The position numbers and the translations under genes were made by a program. The notes beneath the pieces were generated by a model, which saw nothing but the letters and a program-made list of their open reading frames with translations, was not told the DNA's origin and ran no database searches. Positions 1-8,636 of a stretch of 36,581 nucleotides of DNA are shown here, piece by piece. The first letter of the stretch is position 1, and the number at the start of each line of letters is the position of its first letter. The DNA comes from a virus, in the IMG/VR virus record IMGVR_UViG_3300045988_108325, positions 1-36,581 of that record. One strand, written 5' to 3'.

Positions 1-644
1 AATTCAAGAACACGGTAAGTTTTGATAATGATGTATTTTACAAGACCAATCGAATACAGTTATATGGGCTTACGGCAAATAACGGCTCGGCTCTTCCTTT
101 GCCTAACAATGATTTGAATTTAGTAACAAAAACGGGTTTATATTCATTAGTTCAGGCTAGCAAAAACACGCCTCCAGACTATAGAAATTTTAACGGCTCA
201 GTATTAAGAGTTACTCACAACAATACAGGTTTAGGCGTTACATTCATCATTCAGGAATATCTAGCGCATAATTGTTACATGTATAGAACGTATACAAGTA
301 ATAATTGGAGTGAATGGAAATATATAATTGACCCTGACACTGATTGGAAACGTCCAGTTTTAGAGAGCGGATGGAAACATGATGCCGATTACGGCGAAAT
401 CTATTTTTCAAAAGTTGGCGATGTGGTATACTTACGAGGGAACATGAAAGAAGGCGCAACGGCTTATGATTCAAAAATATTTACGTTGCCACCAAAATAC
501 AGACCAAAAGTGAACCAGTACTTGATTGCTATTAACGGCTCTTATGACAATGCTTCATTTATCGTACAAAAAAATGGAGATATTCGAGTTCGTTACGTAA
601 AAGGCAATTGGGTCGGATTCGACGGCGTATCATTCAAAATCTAA
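1..644 (+). CDS. 3' portion of the receptor-binding / tail-fibre protein gene that begins at 35131 and wraps through the circular junction; full protein about 680 aa
   Basis: The frame is open from base 3 with no stop before 644 and is identical to the frame of the ORF that starts at ATG 35131 after applying the 36,526-bp offset. The position after Dit and Tal is where the host-specificity protein usually sits. The listed start at 99 is a TTG, not the real start. Confidence 0.75.
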   Translation, partial: FKNTVSFDNDVFYKTNRIQLYGLTANNGSALPLPNNDLNLVTKTGLYSLVQASKNTPPDYRNFNGSVLRVTHNNTGLGVTFIIQEYLAHNCYMYRTYTSNNWSEWKYIIDPDTDWKRPVLESGWKHDADYGEIYFSKVGDVVYLRGNMKEGATAYDSKIFTLPPKYRPKVNQYLIAINGSYDNASFIVQKNGDIRVRYVKGNWVGFDGVSFKI

Positions 645-661
645 AAAGAGAGGTATAAATT

Positions 662-877
662 ATGGAAATCGAACAAGTGAAACAAAAACATCAGCAATTA
701 TCTGAAGAAATTGCAAAGAAAAATGACGATTTAAACAATATTAAGAAATCAAAAGCAAATTTGGAGTCTGATTTAAACGTCGTAAAAGAAAATATTGCAA
801 CTGCCGAGCAAGTGATTTTTGATAAACGTGAGGAATTGAAAAAATTAGAAATCGCAATCGAGGTTATGGAGCGTTGA
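662..877 (+). CDS. hypothetical coiled-coil protein, 71 aa
   Basis: RBS AGAGAGG 8 nt before ATG 662. The protein is charged with heptad-like repeats and lies between the tail-fibre gene and the lysis cassette. Confidence 0.55.
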   Translation: MEIEQVKQKHQQLSEEIAKKNDDLNNIKKSKANLESDLNVVKENIATAEQVIFDKREELKKLEIAIEVMER

Positions 878-1302
878 ATTCATTTTTATCAGACGCAGTT
901 TTAATTGCGGTTATCGGCGGAATCGTTAGTATCGTAACGGCTAAAATCACGGCAGAAAACAAGGAAAACGCCGAACGAATATTGGGGCAATTAAAAGATA
1001 TTAATGACCGTGTTAACAAAGTCCAATGCGAGGTAATTCAGGTTAAAGAAATCGGACTTGATAACCGTTCAGGGATTCAACGGACACAAAGATATAGATT
1101 GCAGGAAGACATGGAACAAGCAATCCGAGACGGTTATATTACGCCGTCAAAGTTGAGAGAAATCGGTAAATTGTACGAAAGTTACACCAACTTGGGGGGG
1201 AATGGAGAAATTAAAGATTTACATGAGGTTATCGTACGTTTACCAATCAAACAAAGGAAAGGAATTAAAGAAATATGGAACAAATTCAAACGGCTATTTT
1301 AA
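874..1302 (+). CDS. lysis-cassette membrane protein with one N-terminal TM segment and a coiled-coil tail, holin-like or holin accessory
   Basis: TTG start overlaps the upstream stop (TTGA) with GAGGT 7 nt upstream. The N-terminus SFLSDAVLIAVIGGIVSIVTA is hydrophobic. The gene sits directly upstream of the holin and endolysin. Confidence 0.5.
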   Translation: MNSFLSDAVLIAVIGGIVSIVTAKITAENKENAERILGQLKDINDRVNKVQCEVIQVKEIGLDNRSGIQRTQRYRLQEDMEQAIRDGYITPSKLREIGKLYESYTNLGGNGEIKDLHEVIVRLPIKQRKGIKEIWNKFKRLF

Positions 1303-1622
1303 ATAGCTTACTAACAATTTTAGTCGCAATGATTGGCTTTGCCTTTCAATGGCTAAAAAAGTTCATCGACGCTAAAACGGATGAGTTAAAAGCAAAAACT
1401 AATGCAAAGGATTTTGAGTTGATTCAATCAATCGCAAAAACAGTTGTAGGAGCGGTTGAGCAAATCGCCAACAATGTAGCTCTTTCATCTACTGAAAAAT
1501 TCGCAAAAGCGGATGAATTGTTAACACAAGAACTTGCGAAACAAGGGTTCACACTTACGGACGAAGCTAAAAAGACACTTATTGAAAGTGTTGTAAATGG
1601 CTATAACTCACTTAAAAAGTAA
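1275..1622 (+). CDS. holin (LL-H-like family: one N-terminal TM segment plus a hydrophilic C-terminus)
   Basis: 115 aa with N-terminal TM LLTILVAMIGFAFQW. It is immediately upstream of the endolysin, and the overall shape is typical of Lactobacillus/Streptococcus phage holins. Confidence 0.65.
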   Translation: MEQIQTAILNSLLTILVAMIGFAFQWLKKFIDAKTDELKAKTNAKDFELIQSIAKTVVGAVEQIANNVALSSTEKFAKADELLTQELAKQGFTLTDEAKKTLIESVVNGYNSLKK

Positions 1623-1627
1623 CGATA

Positions 1628-1645
1628 GAGGGGCAAACGCCCCTC
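1628..1645 (+). other. perfect 7-bp GC hairpin GAGGGGC-aaac-GCCCCTC between holin and endolysin, a weak terminator or RNA stability element
   Basis: Read directly from the sequence. It is followed by AAATTTTG, not a clean U-tract. The same stem sequence recurs at 27785-27804. Confidence 0.5.
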
Positions 1646-1675
1646 AAATTTTGAAAAAAGAAAGAGGTAAAAAGT

Positions 1676-2659
1676 ATGGTAGAAATTATTGAACGTGATA
1701 TTTTCCAAGGAATTGCAGGGAAACGACCAACAGAAGCACCAAAATATTTCATCTTGCATAATGACGCAGGAAGTATGAGTGCTAAACAGTACATTGGTTG
1801 GCTACAATCACGATATGACAACGGACAAGCTTACCTGGGCTTTGCACATTATTACATCGACCGTAACACTATTGTACGTGTTGAAAACACTTATAACGGC
1901 TCATGGTCAACGGCAGACCCTGAAGGAAATATGAACTCAATCGGTTACGAAGTTTGCCAACAATTATCAGCAAATGATGTTGATTTTAGAGAAAATGAAG
2001 AAATGTGCTTACGTCAAATGGCAGAGGATATGAAATTTTACGGCGTTGAGCCTGATTATAATTCAATCAAGCTACACAACGAATTCACGCCTACAAGTTG
2101 CCCTAAACGAACGCTTGAATTGCACGGAAACTCTAACGATAGCGTGAGAGATTTCATTATTCGTAAAATCAAACATTACATGTCATTAGGTAATACAGTA
2201 CAAGAAATGATTGACGCAGAGGTTCAAAAGTCCGATGGTTGGGTTAAAGACGAAAAAGGCTGGTGGTACCGTCGCAAGGATGGTAGCTATCCTGCTGATA
2301 AAGCCGAAATGATTGGCAACGAGTGGTTCCAATTCGATAAAAATGGGTATTGCCTAACTAATCAATGGTATAACGACGGCACATTCTACTACTACCACGA
2401 CGCACGAGGCGCTTCAATTCGTGCACGTTGGGCTGAAATCGATGGTAAATGGTACTATTTCAACTTATCAGGCGAAATGCAAACGGGGTGGGTTAAATAC
2501 AAAGACCATTGGTTCTATTGCGACCCAAGTAACGGCGATATGAAAGTCGACCAATATATCAAGAGTGGCAAAGGATGGTACTACCTCAAACCAAATGGCG
2601 AAATGGCGGACAAAGAAGCGTTCACGATTGAGCCTGATGGGTTGATTACAGTTAAATAG
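1676..2659 (+). CDS. endolysin: N-acetylmuramoyl-L-alanine amidase (Amidase_2/PGRP type) fused to about six choline-binding repeats
   Basis: N-terminal zinc-ligand pattern FILHNDAG...IGYEVCQ...KLHNEFTPTSCP. The C-terminus is built of GW/WYY repeats ending GWYYLKPNGEMADKEAFTIEPDGLITVK, nearly identical in pattern to the C-termini of pneumococcal LytA and phage Pal. RBS AAAGAGG upstream. Confidence 0.93.
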   Translation: MVEIIERDIFQGIAGKRPTEAPKYFILHNDAGSMSAKQYIGWLQSRYDNGQAYLGFAHYYIDRNTIVRVENTYNGSWSTADPEGNMNSIGYEVCQQLSANDVDFRENEEMCLRQMAEDMKFYGVEPDYNSIKLHNEFTPTSCPKRTLELHGNSNDSVRDFIIRKIKHYMSLGNTVQEMIDAEVQKSDGWVKDEKGWWYRRKDGSYPADKAEMIGNEWFQFDKNGYCLTNQWYNDGTFYYYHDARGASIRARWAEIDGKWYYFNLSGEMQTGWVKYKDHWFYCDPSNGDMKVDQYIKSGKGWYYLKPNGEMADKEAFTIEPDGLITVK

Positions 2660-2672
2660 ACGCATCATCATA

Positions 2673-2710
2673 GAGAGTTTGACTATTTAGTCAGACTCTT
2701 TTTTATTTTT
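2673..2710 (+). terminator. rho-independent terminator after the endolysin, which ends the late operon
   Basis: 11-bp stem AGAGTTTGACT / AGTCAGACTCT with one G-U pair, loop ATTT, then TTTTTATTTTTT. Confidence 0.8.
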
Positions 2711-2733
2711 TAAAAATTTTTTCAACAAAACTA

Positions 2734-2762
2734 TTGACAATGTATAACATACATGATATACT
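2734..2762 (+). promoter_or_regulatory. early promoter P1: TTGACA, 17 bp, TGaTATACT (extended -10)
   Basis: Consensus -35 TTGACA at 2734-2739, 17-nt spacer, TG-extended -10 at 2757-2762. It is one of five near-identical copies. Confidence 0.8.
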
Positions 2763-2802
2763 GTATTTGTAAGTAAGAGATAACACAAAGGAGAGAATGA
2801 AA

Positions 2803-3042
2803 ATGACAACAACAGAAAGACTAACACTAAACCAAAAAACAATAGAGTTATTACAAACGAAAGGAAACGATAAGTCAAAAAGAATCGTAAAAGACCATAA
2901 ATTGGTTATTGAGTACTATCAAATGGAGCGTGAGAGATATATTAGAGAAAATAAAGAGATTTGCATTGAGGGGTTAAATAAATTCGCAATCAATACAAGT
3001 GATGAAATGTTATTATTAATGCAACAAGCGGTTTTTAATTAA
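2803..3042 (+). CDS. hypothetical early protein, about 79 aa
   Basis: RBS AAAGGAGAG. The ATG at 2803 has better spacing than the ATG at 2797. It is the first gene downstream of P1. Confidence 0.55.
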   Translation: MTTTERLTLNQKTIELLQTKGNDKSKRIVKDHKLVIEYYQMERERYIRENKEICIEGLNKFAINTSDEMLLLMQQAVFN

Positions 3043-3057
3043 GGAGGAAAAAAGAAG

Positions 3058-3453
3058 ATGATTGCAACAGGTTTCAAAATTGATAGTAAAACAGCAAGAA
3101 AGGTTTTCAATGGTGAGTTTGAAAGTTTACCATTGATATTAGTCAACAGTAAATTAGCATTTATGATTAGAAAAGAAGAGTTGCAAAAAAATTACAGCAG
3201 GTCGGAACACATCAAAAGAGGCGATTTTAACAGATTGCGAAAAATGGAAATCATCGTCAAAAAGATAGATAATTTTGAAAGAGGCGAACACATTTTTAGT
3301 GCATTCATCATGGCAAAAAGTTCGCACAATAATAAATGGTATATTAACGGCAAACAATACTGCAACAGCTACATGGGAGTAGGAACACGTTTCACATTTA
3401 CCGATGAAACAGTGGACGAAATTAATTATATTTATAACCGTGAGGAGGAGTAA
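3058..3453 (+). CDS. hypothetical early protein, 131 aa, paralog of 3674..4090
   Basis: RBS AGGAGG 9 nt upstream. Shares K-A-K-x-F-x-G-F-x2-LPL and GxGTxFTFTxExxDxI motifs with the 3674 product. Confidence 0.6.
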   Translation: MIATGFKIDSKTARKVFNGEFESLPLILVNSKLAFMIRKEELQKNYSRSEHIKRGDFNRLRKMEIIVKKIDNFERGEHIFSAFIMAKSSHNNKWYINGKQYCNSYMGVGTRFTFTDETVDEINYIYNREEE

Positions 3454-3455
3454 CA

Positions 3456-3671
3456 ATGAAAGAGGCAGAAATTTATTCAGAAAAAGCGAACAAATTATTT
3501 TGGTATTACAAACGAAATTACGGGATTTTCATTTTAAGTACATTAGTAAGATACAGAGATACACTATATAAATACTCTAAACTAAAATCACTAGGAAAGA
3601 TTCAAACAAAGCGATACAACGAAATGAAAAAGCATATTGACGAATTAGAAAAAGAAAGAAACGAGGGTTAA
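3456..3671 (+). CDS. hypothetical small basic protein, 71 aa
   Basis: RBS GAGGAGG upstream. The ORF is tightly packed between its neighbours. Confidence 0.5.
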   Translation: MKEAEIYSEKANKLFWYYKRNYGIFILSTLVRYRDTLYKYSKLKSLGKIQTKRYNEMKKHIDELEKERNEG

Positions 3672-3673
3672 AA

Positions 3674-4090
3674 ATGAGAGTAGAAGTCAGCAAGAAAGTG
3701 GCGAAAGAAATATTTATGGGGGATTTTAAAAATCTCCCTCTTGAATACACTAATTTAGATTCAGAAAACCCAATAAATAAAGAATTGTTAAATATAAGAC
3801 ATTCAAAACCAGATATTATAAGGGAAGAAGATTTTGACGGATTGAAATTTATGAGAGTTATTTTGAAAGAATCAGAGTATGACCATTTTTACAAACGCAA
3901 ACAATTTGAAGTGTTTGTTTTAGTCAACATCGAGGGATGTTGGTTTGTATCTTTATTTAAAGATAGTTCATCAATAGGTATCGGAACATCTTATACATTT
4001 ACAAAAGAGCAAATAGATATAATCGGCGAAAGAGTAAAAAACAACCAAACCATTATCAGCAAACAAAAAGATATAAAAATATCTGAATAA
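3674..4090 (+). CDS. hypothetical early protein, 138 aa, paralog of 3058..3453
   Basis: RBS ACGAGGG. Motifs shared with the 3058 product are described under that feature. Confidence 0.6.
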   Translation: MRVEVSKKVAKEIFMGDFKNLPLEYTNLDSENPINKELLNIRHSKPDIIREEDFDGLKFMRVILKESEYDHFYKRKQFEVFVLVNIEGCWFVSLFKDSSSIGIGTSYTFTKEQIDIIGERVKNNQTIISKQKDIKISE

Positions 4091-4110
4091 TGTTTTATGA
4101 GGAATAGAAA

Positions 4111-4446
4111 ATGAAACTAGAAGAAATCAAAAACGTAATTGAATGTATAGACGAAATTGTTAAAGAAGCAAGAGGATTGACAGAAACCGCCGAAAAAACA
4201 TCAATAGACACATTAAAAAATAATTATTTAATAGGGGAGACAGTAAAAATCTATGGTCGAGTGAAAGCGAATAATGCAAAAATAAATGTATTAGAATTGC
4301 GAATTAAAAGTTCAATTCTTAATCAGAGTGATATTGCAACAACTGTTGCGGTAGAAGAAATGTATAGAGCGTTACATTTTATTAGGGTCGATGTAGATAA
4401 TTTGAAAATGTTCTACAAAGAAAGCATTAAAAACTCAAAAAAATAG
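4111..4446 (+). CDS. hypothetical protein, 111 aa
   Basis: RBS GAGGAA. It is the last gene before the strong terminator at 4453. Confidence 0.5.
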   Translation: MKLEEIKNVIECIDEIVKEARGLTETAEKTSIDTLKNNYLIGETVKIYGRVKANNAKINVLELRIKSSILNQSDIATTVAVEEMYRALHFIRVDVDNLKMFYKESIKNSKK

Positions 4447-4452
4447 TACAGT

Positions 4453-4483
4453 AATGGCAGTCAAACGACTGTCATTATTTTTT
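4453..4483 (+). terminator. rho-independent terminator
   Basis: 10-bp stem AATGGCAGTC / GACTGTCATT with one G-U pair, loop AAAC, then ATTTTTT. Confidence 0.8.
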
Positions 4484-4513
4484 AAAAAAATCGAAAAAAG
4501 TTATAAAAAAGTG

Positions 4514-4542
4514 TTGACAATATATAACGTACATGATATAAT
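4514..4542 (+). promoter_or_regulatory. early promoter P2: TTGACA, 17 bp, TGaTATAAT
   Basis: Perfect -35 and -10 with TG extension. The spacer matches the other four copies. Confidence 0.85.
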
Positions 4543-4589
4543 GTAATTGTAAGTGAGAGATAAATAAAAACACAAAAGGAGCAATTAAC

Positions 4590-4850
4590 ATGACAAACTA
4601 TGAAAAACTACAAGCAGAGGCACAAAGAACAAAAGAATTAGTAACTCAAGCGGTTATCATTATACCTGAGGACGAACTAGAGTTTAGCGATATGAGAGAC
4701 ATCAAAAAACTAGCAGAACTAGTTGATGAAAAAGTAAAAATGACTGAGGGAAGAACAGAGGATAGAAGAGAAGAATCAGCTAGAATTAACGTACAATACG
4801 TTAGACATCACAACCAACGACTACTAGAAATCATTGAATCGTATAACTAG
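4590..4850 (+). CDS. hypothetical protein, 86 aa
   Basis: RBS AAAGGAG, first gene after P2. Confidence 0.5.
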   Translation: MTNYEKLQAEAQRTKELVTQAVIIIPEDELEFSDMRDIKKLAELVDEKVKMTEGRTEDRREESARINVQYVRHHNQRLLEIIESYN

Positions 4851-4861
4851 GAGGAGAAAGA

Positions 4862-5146
4862 ATGACATACTTTGAAGAATTAGAAAAAAGCACGGCAATC
4901 ATCAAGGCGCTAGGAGGAGAAATCCTCAAATCTAGCGCCAACGATGACGAAATAATGATTACATCACAAATTGTTAAAGATACAGTTTACCGCTTTAAAA
5001 GAGCGAAAGAAACGGGTTTAAATTCAAGACAATCATATTCAAGAGACGCACTAATTTTCGCAAGAGACGACATTAGAACACTTAAAAAAATCTATTCAGA
5101 GGCGTGTTTTGAACAATTAGAAAAAAATATTGAAAAAAGCCTATAA
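4862..5146 (+). CDS. hypothetical protein, 94 aa
   Basis: RBS AGGAGGAG upstream. Confidence 0.5.
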   Translation: MTYFEELEKSTAIIKALGGEILKSSANDDEIMITSQIVKDTVYRFKRAKETGLNSRQSYSRDALIFARDDIRTLKKIYSEACFEQLEKNIEKSL

Positions 5147-5151
5147 AACTA

Positions 5152-5180
5152 TTGACAACATATAACAAGCGTGATATAAT
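5152..5180 (+). promoter_or_regulatory. early promoter P3: TTGACA, 17 bp, TGaTATAAT
   Basis: Same architecture as the other copies. The spacer is more diverged (acatataacaagcgtga). Confidence 0.8.
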
Positions 5181-5217
5181 AATAATGTAAATAAGAGATA
5201 TAAAGGAGCAAACGAAA

Positions 5218-5718
5218 ATGAAACATTCAAGATGGAGCAAAAAAGACGGAACTTTAAAATTTGGAGATTTTGACAGAGACTACACATTCAAAGGTTTCAA
5301 ACCTGAACAATTCTTAAAATGTTCAAATAAATACGTTGAGTTAACAGGTTCTCACGTATCAGAGGATGGAAACAACGTTGTAATTAAAATCGCACCTAAT
5401 CATGTAATTCCAACAAAATTTGGCTTTGCAATCATTGTAGACGCAAAAAGAGTTGTATTTATCAAACATTGGCAAGTATGGGGCACATCATTTAAAGACG
5501 ATAGCTATATCGTATCTTTCAACCGTCAATTTTATCAAATTAAAGAATGGGGCGACCATTCAGCAGAATTTGGCGAATATGAAGACATCAATGAAAGCGA
5601 CATGGGAAACTTTGACAATCTTGTAAAACTAGCTAAAAAACAAGAAGAATATTACAACGGATATGACATTGACGAGGACGGCGATAAAGTTAGACGTTCA
5701 TTTATGTGGCACTGGTAA
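5218..5718 (+). CDS. hypothetical protein, 166 aa
   Basis: RBS AAAGGAG. The C-terminus is acidic. Confidence 0.5.
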   Translation: MKHSRWSKKDGTLKFGDFDRDYTFKGFKPEQFLKCSNKYVELTGSHVSEDGNNVVIKIAPNHVIPTKFGFAIIVDAKRVVFIKHWQVWGTSFKDDSYIVSFNRQFYQIKEWGDHSAEFGEYEDINESDMGNFDNLVKLAKKQEEYYNGYDIDEDGDKVRRSFMWHW

Positions 5719-5730
5719 GAAGGGGCAACA

Positions 5731-6093
5731 ATGATTAAATATAAACATAAAATGATGTTGCTGATTAAAAACGTCAAAATCATTGCAAAAGAGAGTTCGG
5801 AAGTATACGGATATATCGGGAAGCATTCGGATGATACGCGAGAATGGGGCGAGGGGTTAAATTACATGCAAACCATTCAAGAGAGCGTTTTAAAAATTAT
5901 ACATCTCTTTGAAAGATACGAAAAAGCAAAAGAGGCTTTCGGCGATGGAGTGAATGCTCCATCGTATTTAAAGCTTATGTGGAATCAAGAGATAAATTTG
6001 TTAGAAGCGAGTGCAAACTTGACTATATTACGTGCGAGAGTGAGGGAAAGAAATGAACGAAATACTAAAGACATTGCAAACAGTCGAAAATAA
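5731..6093 (+). CDS. hypothetical protein, 120 aa
   Basis: RBS AGAAGGGG. It overlaps the next gene by 41 nt. Confidence 0.45.
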   Translation: MIKYKHKMMLLIKNVKIIAKESSEVYGYIGKHSDDTREWGEGLNYMQTIQESVLKIIHLFERYEKAKEAFGDGVNAPSYLKLMWNQEINLLEASANLTILRARVRERNERNTKDIANSRK

Positions 6094-6364
6094 CTTAAAT
6101 TATATATATGACGAGGGGAACAGTATTCTTTTAAGAATCGTTTCAGGAAAACGTGGAACAAAAACATATATGCAAGCCGTTGAAATTTTATCGAAAATCG
6201 AACAACTAAAAAACGAGGTTGAATCGACCAGAAACCTCTTTGAAAGGTCGCAAAAACAAGATACGGCTTGCAAAGGATTTTTACTTTTTTGCAACAAATA
6301 CTCAACGATGGCATTAAGTCGATTGAAAAAACTTGAAGAACTTGAGAAAGGGGGAAATGAATAA
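6053..6364 (+). CDS. hypothetical protein, 103 aa
   Basis: RBS GAGGGAAAG 4 nt before the ATG. Confidence 0.45.
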   Translation: MNEILKTLQTVENNLNYIYDEGNSILLRIVSGKRGTKTYMQAVEILSKIEQLKNEVESTRNLFERSQKQDTACKGFLLFCNKYSTMALSRLKKLEELEKGGNE

Positions 6365-6565
6365 ATGAAAGTAAATACAAAGGATATTGAATGGCTATTG
6401 AATAATGCGACTCAATATCGCATTTCAAAAGAGGCGAAAGTACATCAAAGTATTTTATCAGGACTAATCAATAATACACGAAAAATGGAAAATTTATCGG
6501 TTAAAATTGCAAGTCGTTTGACTGATTACGCAGGCGAATTAAAAAAAGAAAAAAATAAAAAATAA
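6365..6565 (+). CDS. small putative DNA-binding protein with an HTH-like segment
   Basis: The segment RISKEAKVHQSILSGLINNTRK resembles an HTH. The protein is 66 aa. RBS AGGGGGAAA. Confidence 0.4.
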   Translation: MKVNTKDIEWLLNNATQYRISKEAKVHQSILSGLINNTRKMENLSVKIASRLTDYAGELKKEKNKK

Positions 6566-6578
6566 TTTATCAAAACTA

Positions 6579-6607
6579 TTGACAACGTATAACATACGTG
6601 ATATATT
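6579..6607 (+). promoter_or_regulatory. early promoter P4: TTGACA, 17 bp, TGaTATATT
   Basis: Same architecture as the other copies, with the AAAACTAT upstream flank. Confidence 0.75.
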
Positions 6608-6633
6608 ATATGTGTAGAAAGGAGGAAACGAAA

Positions 6634-6858
6634 ATGACAAGAATTGAAATTGAACGAGAGCGCCAAAAAGAAAGAAAACGTAAAAAGAACATCATGCGAA
6701 AAGAGTTCTTGAAACAATACTTTAAATTTTTAGGTTTTGTAGCGTTTATCTTCATTACAGGCGTATTTTTTATGTGGTGCTCTTGTGGTGCTCAAGAACA
6801 ACAATTCAATGAGGTTGAAGCTTGGAAAAATAACACATACGTATATCCACAAGGTTAA
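6634..6858 (+). CDS. small membrane protein with one TM segment, about 74 aa
   Basis: The listed 6598 start lies inside the promoter -10. ATG 6634 has RBS GAAAGGAGG. The TM segment is FLGFVAFIFITGVFFMW. Confidence 0.5.
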   Translation: MTRIEIERERQKERKRKKNIMRKEFLKQYFKFLGFVAFIFITGVFFMWCSCGAQEQQFNEVEAWKNNTYVYPQG

Positions 6859-6880
6859 AAAAGAAAGGAGCAAACAAATA

Positions 6881-7069
6881 ATGGATTTTGAACAAATGCA
6901 CAATAGATATTTAGAAGAGGATGAGCCAGTGATTTTTGGTACAGATTGGAAAGGGCATGAAATTTATGAAGGCGATGAATATTTTGATATTGATGGCAAT
7001 TATGTACTTGTAGATGATGTTGAGGAGTTCGTAAGAGAAAATTACAACAAATTTACGGCAGGAGAGTAG
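6881..7069 (+). CDS. small acidic hypothetical protein, about 62 aa
   Basis: ATG 6881 with RBS AAAGGAG. The earlier in-frame stretch has no RBS. Confidence 0.45.
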   Translation: MDFEQMHNRYLEEDEPVIFGTDWKGHEIYEGDEYFDIDGNYVLVDDVEEFVRENYNKFTAGE

Positions 7070-7071
7070 AA

Positions 7072-7740
7072 ATGACTGAATTAAAATTGCATGAAAGATT
7101 ATTGAATGTCCAACATAAGTTGAAGGCACCAAAAGGACAATATAACAAGTTTGGAAATTTTAATTATAGAAGTGCCGAGGATATCCTAGAAGCCGTTAAA
7201 CCTTTAAATTTTGAAAATGGTTTAACGTTGACAATCAGCGATGAGGTTAAAGAGGTCGCAGGAAGAATCTATGTTGTAGCGGTTGCGACTGTAACGGATG
7301 GAACGGACAGTATAAGTGTACAAGCCCTAGCAAGAGAGCCTGAAAATCGTAAAGGGATGGACGAAAGCCAAATAACAGGGGCTACATCATCATACGCACG
7401 GAAATACGCTTTAAACGGCTTATATGCGATTGATGATAACAAAGACTCGGATAACGAGAATAATAATAAAAATGAACAAAACAAAGAGGATGACGGCTCA
7501 AAAGAACTAATTTTATTAGTTTCAAAATATCTTGAAAAATTAGAATCTATGGGCGTTGAAAGAAAAGTAGTAGTTGATTACATTTGCGAAACTTACAAAG
7601 TTAAACAGATTTTAGAAGTCGCACCAAATAAATTAATCGGCGAACTTAAAAAAATCTACTTTAAAAAGAAAAGCGATATTGAAAAACAACAACAAGAACA
7701 AACCAATACACAAACGAATGGAGTCGATGACGAATGGTAA
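7072..7740 (+). CDS. ERF-family single-strand annealing protein (recombinase)
   Basis: The segment NFNYRSAEDILEAVKP...GATSSYARKYALNGLYAIDD matches the conserved ERF core of P22 Erf. RBS GGCAGGAG. Confidence 0.85.
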   Translation: MTELKLHERLLNVQHKLKAPKGQYNKFGNFNYRSAEDILEAVKPLNFENGLTLTISDEVKEVAGRIYVVAVATVTDGTDSISVQALAREPENRKGMDESQITGATSSYARKYALNGLYAIDDNKDSDNENNNKNEQNKEDDGSKELILLVSKYLEKLESMGVERKVVVDYICETYKVKQILEVAPNKLIGELKKIYFKKKSDIEKQQQEQTNTQTNGVDDEW

Positions 7741-8636
7741 CAGATATTGCGAAAATCACTAATAATTTTGAAATTAAACAGAATTTAGCAGGGGATTTTG
7801 AAATCCCCAATCTTCAGCTTTATAAAGATACGTTTCAGGCTTATGCGGATAATATTGATGAGGTTTTAGTCGTAACGACTGACGAAAGTTCAGTAGACGG
7901 CGCAAAAGCTACCAAAAAAGAATTTAAAAATATGAAAGAGGCTATTGAGCTAAAATTTGCTGATTTTAACAAGCAAATTGAAGAGGTCCAAAATGCTCGC
8001 TTGGATTTAAAACGAATCATGACTAGAGCGGAAGAAAACATTGATAAGAAAATCAAAGAGGTTTATAAGAAATGGATTGAAGAAGCTATTGAGGAGCATG
8101 AACGTTTAGCAAGCTTTGATGTAACGTTTGATATGTTGGACGCAAAAGCATTCACTCGTAAACAAACCAAAAAATCTATTTTTGATACAGTTGAGAAAGA
8201 AATTATCAGATTAGAAGAAGAGTTCAAAAAACGTGAAGAAGAACGAGAAACCATCGAAAAATATTGTAAAAAAGCAGGTCAACCAGTAGAGCCGTATGCA
8301 GTTTTAATTGGTCAACGAGATTTGAATGATATTCTTAAATTGATTGATGAGGCTGAGGAACGAGAAGCGAAACGAGTTCAAAAAGAGGAAGAACGACGTA
8401 AAGCCCAAGAAGCCCTACAAAATCAAATGAAAGAGGCTAGAAGCGAAATTGAAAGCGAAATTGTGCCAAATCTAGCACCAACAACGAGCGCAGGGATGTG
8501 GACAGAAAACACGGCGGAACGAAAAGTATTGTGGCAAATTGAGTTGTGGTTAAGTGAGGAAGAAAAAGACGCATTAAAAGAGTACTTATCTCAAAATAAC
8601 ATTAAACTTGAAGGCGTAAGACGTTATGGAGTTTAG
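7734..8636 (+). CDS. hypothetical coiled-coil, Glu/Lys-rich protein, 300 aa, partner of the recombination module
   Basis: Start overlaps the ERF stop. The sequence shows long predicted helices. No family was recognised. Confidence 0.5.
   Translation: MVTDIAKITNNFEIKQNLAGDFEIPNLQLYKDTFQAYADNIDEVLVVTTDESSVDGAKATKKEFKNMKEAIELKFADFNKQIEEVQNARLDLKRIMTRAEENIDKKIKEVYKKWIEEAIEEHERLASFDVTFDMLDAKAFTRKQTKKSIFDTVEKEIIRLEEEFKKREEERETIEKYCKKAGQPVEPYAVLIGQRDLNDILKLIDEAEEREAKRVQKEEERRKAQEALQNQMKEARSEIESEIVPNLAPTTSAGMWTENTAERKVLWQIELWLSEEEKDALKEYLSQNNIKLEGVRRYGV

Noticed and set aside
6598-6633. ORF-track start at 6598 for the membrane-protein gene
   Set aside because: It lies inside the -10 region of promoter P4. 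The ATG at 6634 has a consensus RBS (GAAAGGAGG).
7229-7260. Additional TTGACA hexamers (e.g. 7229, 11203, 24725) as promoters
   Set aside because: None has a TATAAT-like -10 at 16-18 nt spacing, and none shares the conserved spacer of the five early promoters.
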